A stretch of 64,000 nt of DNA from assembly GCF_001194135.2 (NCBI RefSeq), contig NC_068995.1, forward strand, positions 44,357,311 to 44,421,310, given 5' to 3'. The DNA comes from Octopus bimaculoides (taxonomy: Eukaryota). The notes beneath the pieces are model-generated. The model was given only the letters and a program-made list of their open reading frames with translations. It searched no databases and was not told the DNA's origin. The first letter of the stretch is position 1. The number at the start of each line of letters is the position of its first letter. The translations under genes and the position numbers were made by a program. This document shows, in pieces, positions 1 to 11,270 of this stretch.

Positions 1-50
1 ATTTAGGTGCATCTATATTTTTTCCTGCGTGGAATCACCCCTCTTTTTTG

Positions 51-90
<40 letters not shown>

Positions 91-102
91 ATATATATAT
101 TT

Positions 103-137
<35 letters not shown>

Positions 138-228
138 ATATATNNNNNNNNNNNNNNNNNNNNNNNNNNNNNNNNNNNNNNNNNNNNNNNNNNNNNNNNN
201 NNNNNNNNNNNNNNNNNNNNNNNNNNAT

Positions 229-475
229 CATCATTGGTATCATCATTTAATGTCTGTTTTCCATGCTGGCATGGATTAGATGGTTTGACAGGAGCTGGTG
301 AGGCCAGGTGCTACACCAGGTTCCATTGTCTCTATTGTCTGTTTTGGCAAGGTTTCTGTGGCTGGATGCCCTTCCTAATGCCAAACACCTTGCAGAGTGT
401 ACTGGGTGCTTTTTACACGACACCAGCACTGACATGGTCACCAAGTACCTTGCAAGACAAAACCCTCTTGACTGT
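229..475 (-). mobile_element. SINE with (GAT)n tail
   Basis: Contains gctggatgcccttcctaatgccaa and ttttccatgctggcatgg with a (CAT)n tract on the + strand. Roughly 20 related copies in the window (e.g. ~4915, 11810, 25740, 33600, 41900, 44080, 54440, 57250). Confidence 0.8.
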
Positions 476-918
476 GTTGAGTAGTATTGAGTGGGTGTGG
501 CTTCGTGCCAGGTGAGTGATTAAAAGTATAGAGGGACAGAGATAGGCATTCTGCTGGAGAGTACATACATGGATACTCCCTTTAGAAAAGAAAGAACAGT
601 GAATTAGAGTGTGTGTGTGTGTATACACACACACACACACACACACATGCACATGCACACACAGAGGTTCTAATGGAGTAGAATTTTCAGCATGCAACCA
701 CATTGTGCATGGAATAGTAATTGCTCTGCCAAACTCATCTGAGGTACACTCCTCATGGCCAAATTCTCTGCAGAAGTTTCAAATCTCAAGTCAACTGAAA
801 CTGAAGCCATTCTGCCATATCAGATTTCAAGATTGAACTTCTACTGTAGCAAACAACACACAACGCATCTGCTTCACATTCGTTCAATAAACTGAAAGTG
901 TCTACAAAGAGTACCTAC

Positions 919-1022
919 CTCTGTTAGCCGCAAAAATACACCCCGAGCATTAGAACCAACATCAAAGTAAAATATTTTCCCTTCTACACGAGCCGTTCTG
1001 TTTTCTGGTAACTCACTGCGAT
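919..1022 (-). CDS. PURA: Pur family coding exon (PUR repeat III, N-terminal half)
   Basis: (D)RSELPENRTARVEGKIFYFDVGSNARGVFLRLTE, matching ELPE...V..K.FYFDVGSN.RGVF.R..E. Acceptor tgtctttcag, donor GAG|gtaggt, phase 1 to 0, 104 nt. Confidence 0.95.
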
Positions 1023-1509
1023 CTGAAAGACACAATATAGATGACTAGTCAATTCTGCTTGACTAGATCACTGACAAACAGGTACAGGCATGAAATTAGA
1101 ATGTCGCATTAAGATGCACAATATCTAACCAGAGTTCCAAGTTCAAATCCAGTGTTGGCTCTCTGTGTAGTTTTGAGAGAGATAGAGTGGAAGAGACTGA
1201 AAAAGAAAGATGCAACAGAAGAAAATATTTTCCAGATTGTAACCTTATACCTAGTATTGGGGTAACCTTACCCTTGATCTTGGTCAAATATTAAAATCAA
1301 TAGTGCAGTTGGAGTAGCAGGGAAGTTGTCCTTGACAATAACTTTATAGAGGTCAGTACTTTTGGGTCTGCTTGAGAGTTCAGGGAGGCGAGAGGGGAAT
1401 GCCAAACTCAGGAGCTGCCCCAGGTGGCACAGGCTCTAACTATGCTACTGAATAAAACAGAATTAAAAGTATAAATCTAAATAGAAAAAATATTACACTA
1501 GGAACTTAC

Positions 1510-1630
1510 CATGATCTTCAATCCCAAATTCATCCAGTAAATCTGTCAGGGCATCCCTAAATTCTATCATACCTTGAGCAGGAATAGCAATGTGTGTTCT
1601 AGGTCCACCTCTTGGAATTGTTTGTGACAC
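1510..1630 (-). CDS. PURA: Pur family coding exon (PUR repeat II, C-terminal half)
   Basis: [40 protein letters not shown], matching the Pur [18 protein letters not shown] motif. Acceptor ttttctttgatccag, donor CATG|gtaagt, phase 0 to 1, 121 nt. Confidence 0.97.
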
Positions 1631-1745
1631 CTGGATCAAAGAAAAGGTATAGGCTCAATAGACGCTGTTGTAAATAGAGAGAGAAATACAATGGTTGTAA
1701 CTTAGAATGTCATAAAAAGGAGATCTACTGCAAGAAACCACTGAC

Positions 1746-1864
1746 CCTTAAAAATCGGCCACGTTGATTTTCTTTTAAATCAAGATAATAACGTCTGTTA
1801 TCTTTAACCATGGTTTTTGTTTTTAATTTTCCGTCTTCAGGTAGGTTATCAGGATTTGGAGGCC
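1746..1864 (-). CDS. PURA: Pur family coding exon (PUR repeat II, N-terminal half)
   Basis: (G)[39 protein letters not shown]. Acceptor ttttctttgtgcag, donor AGG|gtcagt, phase 1 to 0, 119 nt. Confidence 0.97.
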
Positions 1865-1920
1865 CTGCACAAAGAAAATAAACGCACAATTTAATAACAC
1901 TGATATTTAATCCTTTCATT

Positions 1921-2275
1921 ACCATATTGCTTCAATTAACTTTGAAAAACTTTAGTAAAATAACTTTGCCCTTCTTAAACTGGTGCTCGAAACAGAAATT
2001 GGTTTCAAATTTTGGCACAAGGCCAGCAATTTCAGAGGAGGGAGTAAGTCAATTATATCGACTCAACACTTGACTGGTACTTATTTTATCAACCCCCAAA
2101 AAGATGAAAGGCAAAGCTGACCTTGGCAGAATTTGGACTCAGAGCCTGAAGTCAGATAAAATGCCACTACGTATTTTGCCCAGCATAGCAACAATTGTGC
2201 CAGCTCACCACCTTTGTTTGGAACATAAATTAACATGGAATATTGATGAATGGTTTAAATTTATATAACTTTAAA
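1921..2275 (+). mobile_element. Degenerate TTAA-type MITE interrupted by a SINE fragment (~2000-2215)
   Basis: Similar to the MITE at 17160-17390 (tttagtaaaataacttt...tttggaacataaattaacatg). The inserted segment ggcacaaggccagcaattt...gaatttggactcaga matches copies at ~29155 and 47410-48090. Confidence 0.6.
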
Positions 2276-2299
2276 AAAAGAATTTTTTTATAAAAGCAG

Positions 2300-2900
2300 G
2301 GGCATGCTCAGGACAGTCGGTATCAAATAAGTTAATAGCTCATCAGGAGGCAGTTACTGTCCCCTTCTTCCAAATTGGGGAGAAATTGATGAGGTTTAGT
2401 TTGAACAACTATAAGAAAAGAATATAAATAGAAAGGCAATTCCAGATGTAAGATATTCTGGGAAAGAAGGATTTTATGATGTAGGAGCTGGGATAGGGGA
2501 GATAGATGTGTCAGAAGATGTCTTAGGTTGGGGTAGTTTACATCATTGTAGTAATGGTAGAAGAGAAGGCAGTGGAGGAGTCATTATTGTAGTTGTAGAA
2601 AATCCAGAATGAGGAGACAGCACATCTGAGGGACAGAAGTTACAATGTATTGGTCTGAAATGTATTTAAGAATATCTGTTAGCACTGTCACCAATGTGGG
2701 CAATAGTATTCTTGCTTGCGTTTCATAGAAATGTTATGGAACTGAAGTAATTTCTGTCATTAGAGAAGAAGGCTAGTCTTTGGGATGCAGTTTCTGTTGT
2801 TATAGATGAGAGTGGAGTGAATTTGAAGGTTTTCAGTGAGTTGTCCAACACTAGAGAAGGTGAAGTGTGAGATTGTTTTTGTTGTTATAGGTTGATGCTT
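2300..2900 (-). mobile_element. Putative Penelope-like retroelement 3' remnant
   Basis: Strongly strand-asymmetric degenerate sequence ending in cctgatgagc...tgataccgactgtc, a hammerhead-like tail of the kind found in Penelope-like elements. No intact ORF. Confidence 0.3.
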
Positions 2901-3359
2901 AACATTACATCTGCAAGGAGGTCATTGCCAAGGTTAGCTAAAGGTCCCTGCAACCAAGGCAGGAGCACAGGGCACCACATCAGGTATTTGGGACCTTCTA
3001 AATACAAAGAGAAAAATGTGAAAATAATGAATAAAATGAAATACAAGCAAAATATGGAAATCCCTCAAGTGAAGTCAAGCTTACTTTAAAACACTGCAGG
3101 TGAGTATGGGAGTGGCAGGGGAAGGTTAAGGTGGGTGGTTTCTGAGTCAGTCAAGGAAATTCATTCGCTTTTCAGCAGGAATGTGCAAAGTTGAAGAGAA
3201 AATATTAGATGTTACTTTTCAAAGTCCTCTATACTCATAAACTGGTTGACTGCACATGGTTTAAAGCAGTAACTTCAGAAGCAGAACATGAAGTTGTGAA
3301 GGGAAAGAAAAGAAAATGTGTCTTTGATCATGAATGATGGAAGTCAAAGAAATTAAACT

Positions 3360-4620
3360 GCTATGTCATAATTGGTAAACACAAAGGAAAGGATAAAAGA
3401 GTTCAGACACAGGTCATAATGGGAAATCCACAGGAATTTCATATGCCTTGTGGATGGTGATACTGTAACAAATTTTTAGGTGTCTACCTTGATTCTGGAT
3501 ATTGTCCTGCACTTATGTGTTTTATTTCTAGCTTCTGGGTGGTGGCATATAATGAAAGCAAGACATTAAATGACATACTGCATGATATTTATAGAAGGCT
3601 AGATGACAGCCCAGATTAGAAAGTGTCAAAGCAATTAAGCAGAAAATTAGCAGAATTCAAGATGCTCTTAATAAACTCACAGAAATGCCTGCTTTTGATT
3701 CTGCAATGCAACATGAATTAGAAACTTGTACCACAAACAGAAAATTAGTTTTCTAGTGATGATAGTCTCTGTCTGTTGCATCCACTGTGTTGGTGGGACC
3801 TTGATGTGAACACTCCTTCCCTGATCCCTTCATCTAACCAACAGAGAAAGGAAACCAACCTCAGTACTAGACTGGTATTTTATTTACTAACCCCAAATGA
3901 AAGAAAAACAAAGTTGGCTTTAGTGTGATTTAAACTTAGAGTATGGAGGGCCACAACAAATATCACAAGTCATTCTATGTGATGTTCTAACAACTGCCAA
4001 ATTTGCCCTCTTATGATGATGATGATGGTGAATGTTTCTGACGATGTTTTAGGCATAGTAAATGTTGTCAGTGAAGCTGTGCAGGAGTGCCTCTGTGGAA
4101 TTGTCGACCAAAGTTCATTAATGAATAGTTTACTAATTAATTAATTATCACGCAAATGGGTATGAAGAGAACAAGCACGAGCAAAAGAATTAGCTAGAGA
4201 ATTGGATATGTAGCCCAATTTTAGAAGTAAAAGAATATGCTGAAAAAAGGGGGAATTTGAATATAAAGGCACTGGCAAGATTCCAAACACCAAATGACCC
4301 TAAAAGAAATTTTTCAAAATCATGTGTGAAACATAATACTTGATACAGCTATTAATTCTTTATCAAAGAGATTTGAACAGTTGCAAAGTTTCAATAACAC
4401 ATGGGGGATTTTTAAATAACATCAAAAGAATTTTCAAGATAAAAATAAACTGGAATTAATATATGAAGGTTTGGTGGATAGGTTCAGGTAGCAAGAAAAC
4501 AGTGATAATAACGGATGTGATGCCTTCACTGAACTAAATCTCGCAAAAGAATGATTTCCTGGAGATGTAAAGCTTCTGATAGATGGTGTTAGATTCCTCC
4601 ACAGTAATAAGTTATAGACT
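3360..4620 (+). mobile_element. hAT (ZMYM1-like) transposase fossil, interrupted by a SINE at ~3760-4030
   Basis: Disrupted frames give GKHKGKDKRVQTQVIMGNPQEFHMPCG, RLESVKAIKQKISRIQDALNKL, ARAKELAREL and NIILDTAINSLSKRFEQLQSFNNTWG, typical hAT catalytic/dimerisation-region motifs. Confidence 0.75.
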
Positions 4621-4843
4621 GTAACTGTCTCTACACTTTTCTATACACCTTCTTGAACATATTCCCTTGAGGGTACACTCTGCTTTCTCATCAGCACCAT
4701 CTTTATCTCACTTTCTGGCACCACTCTATCCACCTCCAGTTAGCCACACAGAATGTGGGATAGCCTTGACACTCCTCCACAACAATAAACTTGCACCTGT
4801 TTCTTCCATCATACTTAAAAATCTCAGCACTCTGCATAAAAAC

Positions 4844-4889
<46 letters not shown>

Positions 4890-5508
4890 TCTTTTGTTTT
4901 CCCTCTTAGTCAAGAGAAGCTGTTTAGTCTTGCAAACTACACTCTCACTAGTACTGGTGCCACGAAAAAAGCACCCAGTACAGTCTGCAAAATGATTGAC
5001 ATTAAGAAGGGCATCCAGTCATAGAAATCATGCCAAATATTGGGAAGACACATTCCTCCAGCCCATTGGATGCCAGCGTGGGAAAGTGAACATGAAATGA
5101 TGAAGAAGTCATCCCAAATCTGTGGATTGTGTTACAATATCTATAACTGTGGCTGAGAGAGGAGAGAAGCTTTAGTAATCTAAAGACATATTTTTGGTCC
5201 TCCATAACACAAGAGAGATTAAATCTTTTAGCAATTTTCTCAATAGAAAATGTTGCATGAAGAAAAGGAAAAGCTATCAAAAGTGTTATGAGAACATTTG
5301 CAGATTTAATGTCAAGAAAAGGAAAAAATGTTTTAGCTAGACTGAAGGTTGTAGTACAATGTCTGTTCTTTTGTTCCTATTGTTACATCTACAGAAGATC
5401 AACAGCACCCTTTGGACTTCCTCTCACTCACCCATCCACAACCCAATGTTTGTTTGTAACAAAAATATGTTGAGATTATTGCCAGTAATACACTCACACA
5501 TATACACA

Positions 5509-5559
<51 letters not shown>

Positions 5560-5569
5560 NNNNNNNNNN

Positions 5570-5628
<59 letters not shown>

Positions 5629-5949
5629 GTAATGGAAAGGTTTCAAATTCTGATGCCATGTTTCAACTGTTCTCTTTAGCTTCTTGTATATAATGATAAT
5701 AAACATTTGCTTGTAGCGGTACTGAACTTCAGCTTGTTCAGGATGCCACAACCCTGCAGCCAGCCCTGATTGCAACTTGTTTTGACTATCTTATTAAATA
5801 AAAACTTTAGAAAGGAGATATTTTAACTTTTTTTAGATTACAGTTAGAAACTGAATAGAAAATGTTAAAAAATATAAAATTATTAGTAGCTAATTGGAAT
5901 TGTCTGGTACTGAAAGAAGATAAAATGAGAGAACTAGATTAATGTTTTG

Positions 5950-7150
5950 ATCAAACTATTAAAAAACATGCTGGTACATCTGAATCTTTTTACTCAAACA
6001 ATAATGTTTCATGAAGGATTTACCATACTTCAAATGTTGGTGTATGTAGCAGCATCAGTACTGTGTTATAGGTGTGTTGCTATACACAAACATCGCAGAC
6101 TACATTAGATGTGGATAGGGTATCTAATGTAGTTTAGGATGTTTCTGTTTATGTAAACAGTAACACCATCTCGTAGATACAGACGGCACTGTTAATGTGG
6201 TCTGGGATGTTTGAGTCATAACAAGATGGTCCTATAGACATTTGTTATTGTGTAATGTGGTTTATGACATGTATGCGTGTTTAGCAGCAGGACCATCCCA
6301 TGGAAGTGGTTAGTACTCTAATATGAGTCTTATTTGGACTCTCCAGAGGCTCAACAAATGATCATGACTAATATATTTGTTATACTAAAGCCCTATCTTT
6401 GAGATACAGTTTTGGCAATACCATTTGTATGTACATGAGGTTTCCACAATAGAGCATCAAAGATAGTGAGGTCTAGCATTTGTGGTAACTCTGAGGGGTT
6501 TAGTTGAGTTATTTATGTGTAGGATAGGTTTAAAGTAGAGAATGTTTCCTTGATAAGTGTGCAGCAATTATGTATAGTTGTGTCCTCATTGAAAGAAGGT
6601 TGTTATGGAGACAGTGTAGGTCTAGTGTTGTGTGGTATCTATATTGTATTATTCTTAACTAGTAAATGTAAAGTATACCTCTGTCTCTTTGATGCTAGCA
6701 GAAGTTATATAGTTGTGATGTTGAAATAAAATTGAATTGTTATGTTCCCAATGAAGGATATTCTTGAGGTCTCCACTCATAGAGACACTGTATGTTGTGG
6801 TGAGGTATTAAGATTGGAGTGAATGGAATGTAAAGAAGTATTTCTTTGATGGCTGTAGTGATTGGGTCTTTGTGCTATTGCAAGAGATTAAGCCATCGTC
6901 TTCCCATTGAAGGGTATTGTAAAGCTTTCTGTTGATAGAAGCAGTAACGGTCAGTCTTTACCCACCTATCAGTGGAAGCAGTAAAGGTCAGTTGTGAAGT
7001 GTGTAGGTTACATGAGGACAACACCTGTGAGCAGAATGTCCAGCAAGACTGATTAATAATATTATCTGTGTAAAATTAGGGCTGTGGAGAAATGCCTCTC
7101 CATAATGCTGCAAGGAGTGCTCACGATGCAATAGGTGTCTGTGGAGGAAC
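5950..7150 (-). mobile_element. Putative Penelope-like retroelement fossil (RT / GIY-YIG)
   Basis: Degenerate peptides QRNTSLHSIH (~6826-6850, cf. the RNT.LH..S.HP thumb-region motif) and YCGNLMYIQ (~6425-6452, cf. GIY-YIG C..CG..YIG), followed by a hammerhead-like remnant at 5992-6040. Many stops. Confidence 0.4.
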
Positions 7151-7708
7151 GGGGTAGCCATACAGTAACACACACGCACACATTCCAACCCATGCTAGCA
7201 TAGGAAGCAGGTGTAAAATGAGGATCATATACATATATATATAATCACATGCGTAAATGTATGTGCGAGTTATTTTATCAAGAAATTTATCAGACTTCAA
7301 ATATTAGCTAATTACCAAAGGAGTTGAATTATTGGAATAACAGAATAACATGGAGAAGCAAATTTTAAGCAACCATTTTAGATTTAACTTCTTAGAATTA
7401 AAATGAAAAATTATAATACATAAGTAAGAGAAATATAGATTTTTTTACACAATCATTTAGTAATTCAAATACTAATTTACTGCATGAAAGACTACAATCG
7501 ACACTCCAGTTTTAATAGTTTGGAGGTTTCTTGCATTTGTTTTATTTTGTATACAAATTATTGATGTAAACTCCTACATAGCAATTATTTAATCAATGTT
7601 TGTTTCTTTTTTATTTATTTTTCAATAAGCAAAAGCCAAACTGCAGTAAAAGAATATATATGTGTTGAAGTAATACCAGAATGATATGTGTGTGGGTGTG
7701 CGTGTGTG

Positions 7709-7759
<51 letters not shown>

Positions 7760-8002
7760 CTGCCAACACTAACACAATTATAAAATCAATATACAACTCG
7801 AAGTAGGTCACCAGAGAAATGTAGTGGCACCATAGTATATTTGTATCATAAAATAGGGATACTATCTGCATGTGCATGTGTGTGTGTGTGTGTGTGTGTG
7901 TGTTGTATCTGTGAATGTTTTGTATTGTATTACACATCATATCATGTTTGATCATAATTACATTTTACTTCAACACAATAATGAAACCTTTTCATACCTG
8001 AA

Positions 8003-8078
<76 letters not shown>

Positions 8079-8710
8079 CAGAAAAACTTATATAAATCAA
8101 CAAGCACATACACATTAATCAGATAACAAGGCCCACCTGTAAATATATAAGTCTAAGAGATTGTTTTGTGGGTCACTTCTGAATTTATGAAGACTAAAAG
8201 ACATTTCATTCAATCACCTCTGAATATACAAAGTCTAAGGGATAGTTTTGTCTGATTCTCATCTGCCATATTCCTATTAAAAGAGTTGTTTTAATAGCTG
8301 CTGTGTCTGTTCATGCCTGTGTGTTCATAGGTAATTGCAAAGGTGTTTATGATTTTAGTTGTGTAAAGACATGTTGCATGCATGTCTAATAATAAGAGTA
8401 CCAGCATGTGTTATGAATACAGATGTAAATGGAATCATAACTGTAAGTACTTAGTCTCACCGTGAAATTAGGCACCCTGTAGTCAGAACACAAGAGTCTA
8501 CTGTCACGGTGGGACTAAATACACAGAGATATAACTATCTATTCAGATTTACATATGTTTAAGACATGTAATTTATTTACCCTTGTTTCTGTGGTAAAAC
8601 AGTTAAATTTTGGTTCCAGCTAATTCCAGCTTAGCCCATGCTTAGTGTTTGTCAACTGACAATCATAATAGACAATTCTTTCAATGCTATACTATACTAT
8701 AGAATATATC

Positions 8711-8751
<41 letters not shown>

Positions 8752-8772
8752 TTTGAGTATAAATAAGAGGGA

Positions 8773-8820
8773 TCAGCCAAACTGGTTTCAATCTTATGTT
8801 GGGATTTCATCAGTGCCTGA
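8773..8820 (-). ncRNA. Degenerate type I hammerhead ribozyme motif
   Basis: ggca CTGATGA aatc-ccaacataa-gatt GAAA cca-gtt-tgg c tgatc. Both core boxes present, perfect 4-bp stem II, 3-bp stem III; U16.1 is missing or substituted. Confidence 0.45.
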
Positions 8821-8985
8821 ATACCATCTTTAACTGTCCACAGAGACATTACTTGTAACTCCATTATTACTAAGGACTCAATTTACTTAAACCCTTAATA
8901 ACAGTGGATTTATAAGCAGCAACTGTAGGGATAGTTAAAGAGGACCTCAATCATTGATCCCTCTTTTCCCATCCACAAAGATATC

Positions 8986-9200
8986 ATCATCATCATCATC
9001 ATCGTTTAACGTCCGCTTTCCATGCTAGCATGGGTTGGACGATTTGACTGAGGACTGGTGAAACCGGATGGCAACACCAGGCTCCAGTCTGATTTGGCAG
9101 AGTTTCTACAGCTGGATGCCCTTCCTAACGCCAACCACTCAGAGAGTGTAGTGGGTGCTTTTACGTGTCACCCGCACGAAAACGGCCACGCTCGAAATGG
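8986..9200 (-). mobile_element. Very young SINE copy with (GAT)n tail
   Basis: CpG-rich. 9003-9177 is identical to 52460-52634. Confidence 0.9.
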
Positions 9201-10299
9201 TATATATATATATATATATATATTTAAATAAATAAATAAAGGTGTTTACATCTGTCTATACATTCAGTCTTGGCTAAAAATCCATCAATATATGCTGTAC
9301 TACAATACTGTTAACATGCTAGTAATTCATTTATCAAACCAACTGCGAAGAATATGTTAGATATGCAAAATTAGTCTAATTTAAGCTGTCAGTAATAACA
9401 AGCACTCACTCCATGGACAGTTAAAGAAGATGCTAGTCTGATGCTGCTTCTTTTTCTGTCCACATAGGTAATTCACATAAAGACAAGATGTCTATATGTG
9501 TATCTATACATATAATTTTGGTTAATTTTGGTTAAAAATTTAAAGCTCTATTCTATAGTACAGTTGATAATAAAATATTTTTGATAATAAAATATTTAAA
9601 AAATAATTAATGTTTCTTTATCTTGTTGCAACATTGCTCTCCAATCAGTCTGGAACGAAGTCACTCTACAAATGGAGTAACCTATTGCTAGATGACAGGA
9701 GTTGCACTTCTTTAATTTGATCGTTGGCAATGGGCTGGGAATCACTTTGAGATTTAACAACACTAAAATAACTGCATTACACATTGGTTATAGCTCCAGG
9801 ATCTTCAGTCATATTGGGGATATAACATCCCCTTACTACCACACTAATGAACACTGCATCTCAGAACATACAACAGAGTTCCAGATTAGACAGAAATTAG
9901 GTTTATCCTGCTTGCTTGAGTTGTAAGTTATTCATAATTATTCACTCCACAAATTCCATACCATATGAATTCTTTGAGTGTAGCTACTCAACAGCAGCAA
10001 CAGACATTTGTTTTAATGTAACAATATATATAATATCACCTCTTTCAGTGTAGTTAATGACAAAAAAAAAATTAAACCAATGCATTATTTACATATAGCC
10101 CACAAAGATGAAATAAGTGGCAGCCACATTTCAAATCGTTGAAATTAGAAAGAGGATCTATCCAACTATGCTTCAACAGTTTATGAACAATCTTACGCCA
10201 CATTCACACAATGTTCTCTCTAGAAACAAATTTGCCATACATTAAAACAAATATAAAAAATACATTGACTTTAAGAAGTTCCAACTGCAAAGAACTTAC

Positions 10300-10402
10300 C
10301 CAATGAAGCATAATGTTCACTGAAATCTGTTAGATTGTCACGAAATTCTGCAGCTGTTGACATAGCCAGAAGGAGACGGCTCTTCTTTCCACCAGCACCA
10401 AC
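10300..10402 (-). CDS. PURA: Pur family coding exon (PUR repeat I, C-terminal half)
   Basis: [34 protein letters not shown](G), matching the Pur STAAEFRD motif. Acceptor tctaatgtag, donor TTGG|gtaagt, phase 0 to 1, 103 nt. Confidence 0.96.
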
Positions 10403-10984
10403 CTACATTAGAATACGAACAGACTTAACAATACATTAACACATTCTATTAAAAGGAAGTTTCACTGGTCTATTTTATAATTTGTTTGTTCAAAGATGTA
10501 TATGTCAATCAACAAGAGCAAATACAGTAATATAAAGGTTTCCTTATATATTTTAGGAATTATATTGTCTTTTTCATCCTTAATTTTGATAATACTACTG
10601 AATTTACTAGAGAAATCCAAGAGGTTCATAATTATTCCAATGCTAGTCTCTGGATCTGCAGTTTTAACTTGGTTTAAAACCAAGTGACCTTTGGCAGCCT
10701 TTTATGATGTACCTCTGCAGCAAGTATTCAGGTTGAATATCTAGTCAGAGGATAATTTGATATCTTGATGTATTGCACTCTACCACTATTTTGGTAAAGG
10801 CTACAGTAGTGATCAAGAGGAGACCACCTCACCCCACCCACAACAGATACAAGTGGAGCCCAGTCTCTTGAATAAAGAATTGAAAGTCTGCCCTAACAAT
10901 CAGCTAGGCTACCAAATGGTTACTGACTTCCAATTGGCCTGCTTAACAGGCATTACCGAAATGGTTAGCATAAAATAATGGATT

Positions 10985-11270
10985 CATAGAGGTGGTGGTG
11001 GTAGCGGTGATGATGGTGACAGTTATGACAATAATGAAGATAATGGTGGTGTAGAGGTAGTGGTGGTGGTGGTAATGGTGGCAGTGATGATGATGATAGT
11101 GTCATCAATTGTGATGGCAATGTTTATGATGGAAGAGTTAGTAGTGATCACAACCTTGATGATGATGTAGTGGTGGAGGCTGTAATGCTTGTGGTGACAA
11201 TGATGGTGATAGCTGTATTAGCAATGATATCCATCATGGTGATGATGAAGGTGGTGGTGGTGATAATGTC
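10985..11270. repeat. Degenerate (GGT/GAT)n trinucleotide low-complexity tract
   Basis: Runs of ggtggtggt and gatgatgat interleaved over ~290 bp. Confidence 0.85.

Noticed and set aside
1261-1450. Possible extra Pur exon inside intron 1023-1509 (good donor AGG|gtaagg at ~1271, acceptor near 1448)
   Set aside because: Every phase-1 reading from the available AGs hits a stop before the donor, and the sequence looks repeat-derived.
10985-11270. (GGN)-rich tract as an autoregulatory PUR element
   Set aside because: It is antisense to the pre-mRNA, and similar GAT/GGT low-complexity tracts are common in this sequence (e.g. ~48090-48180).
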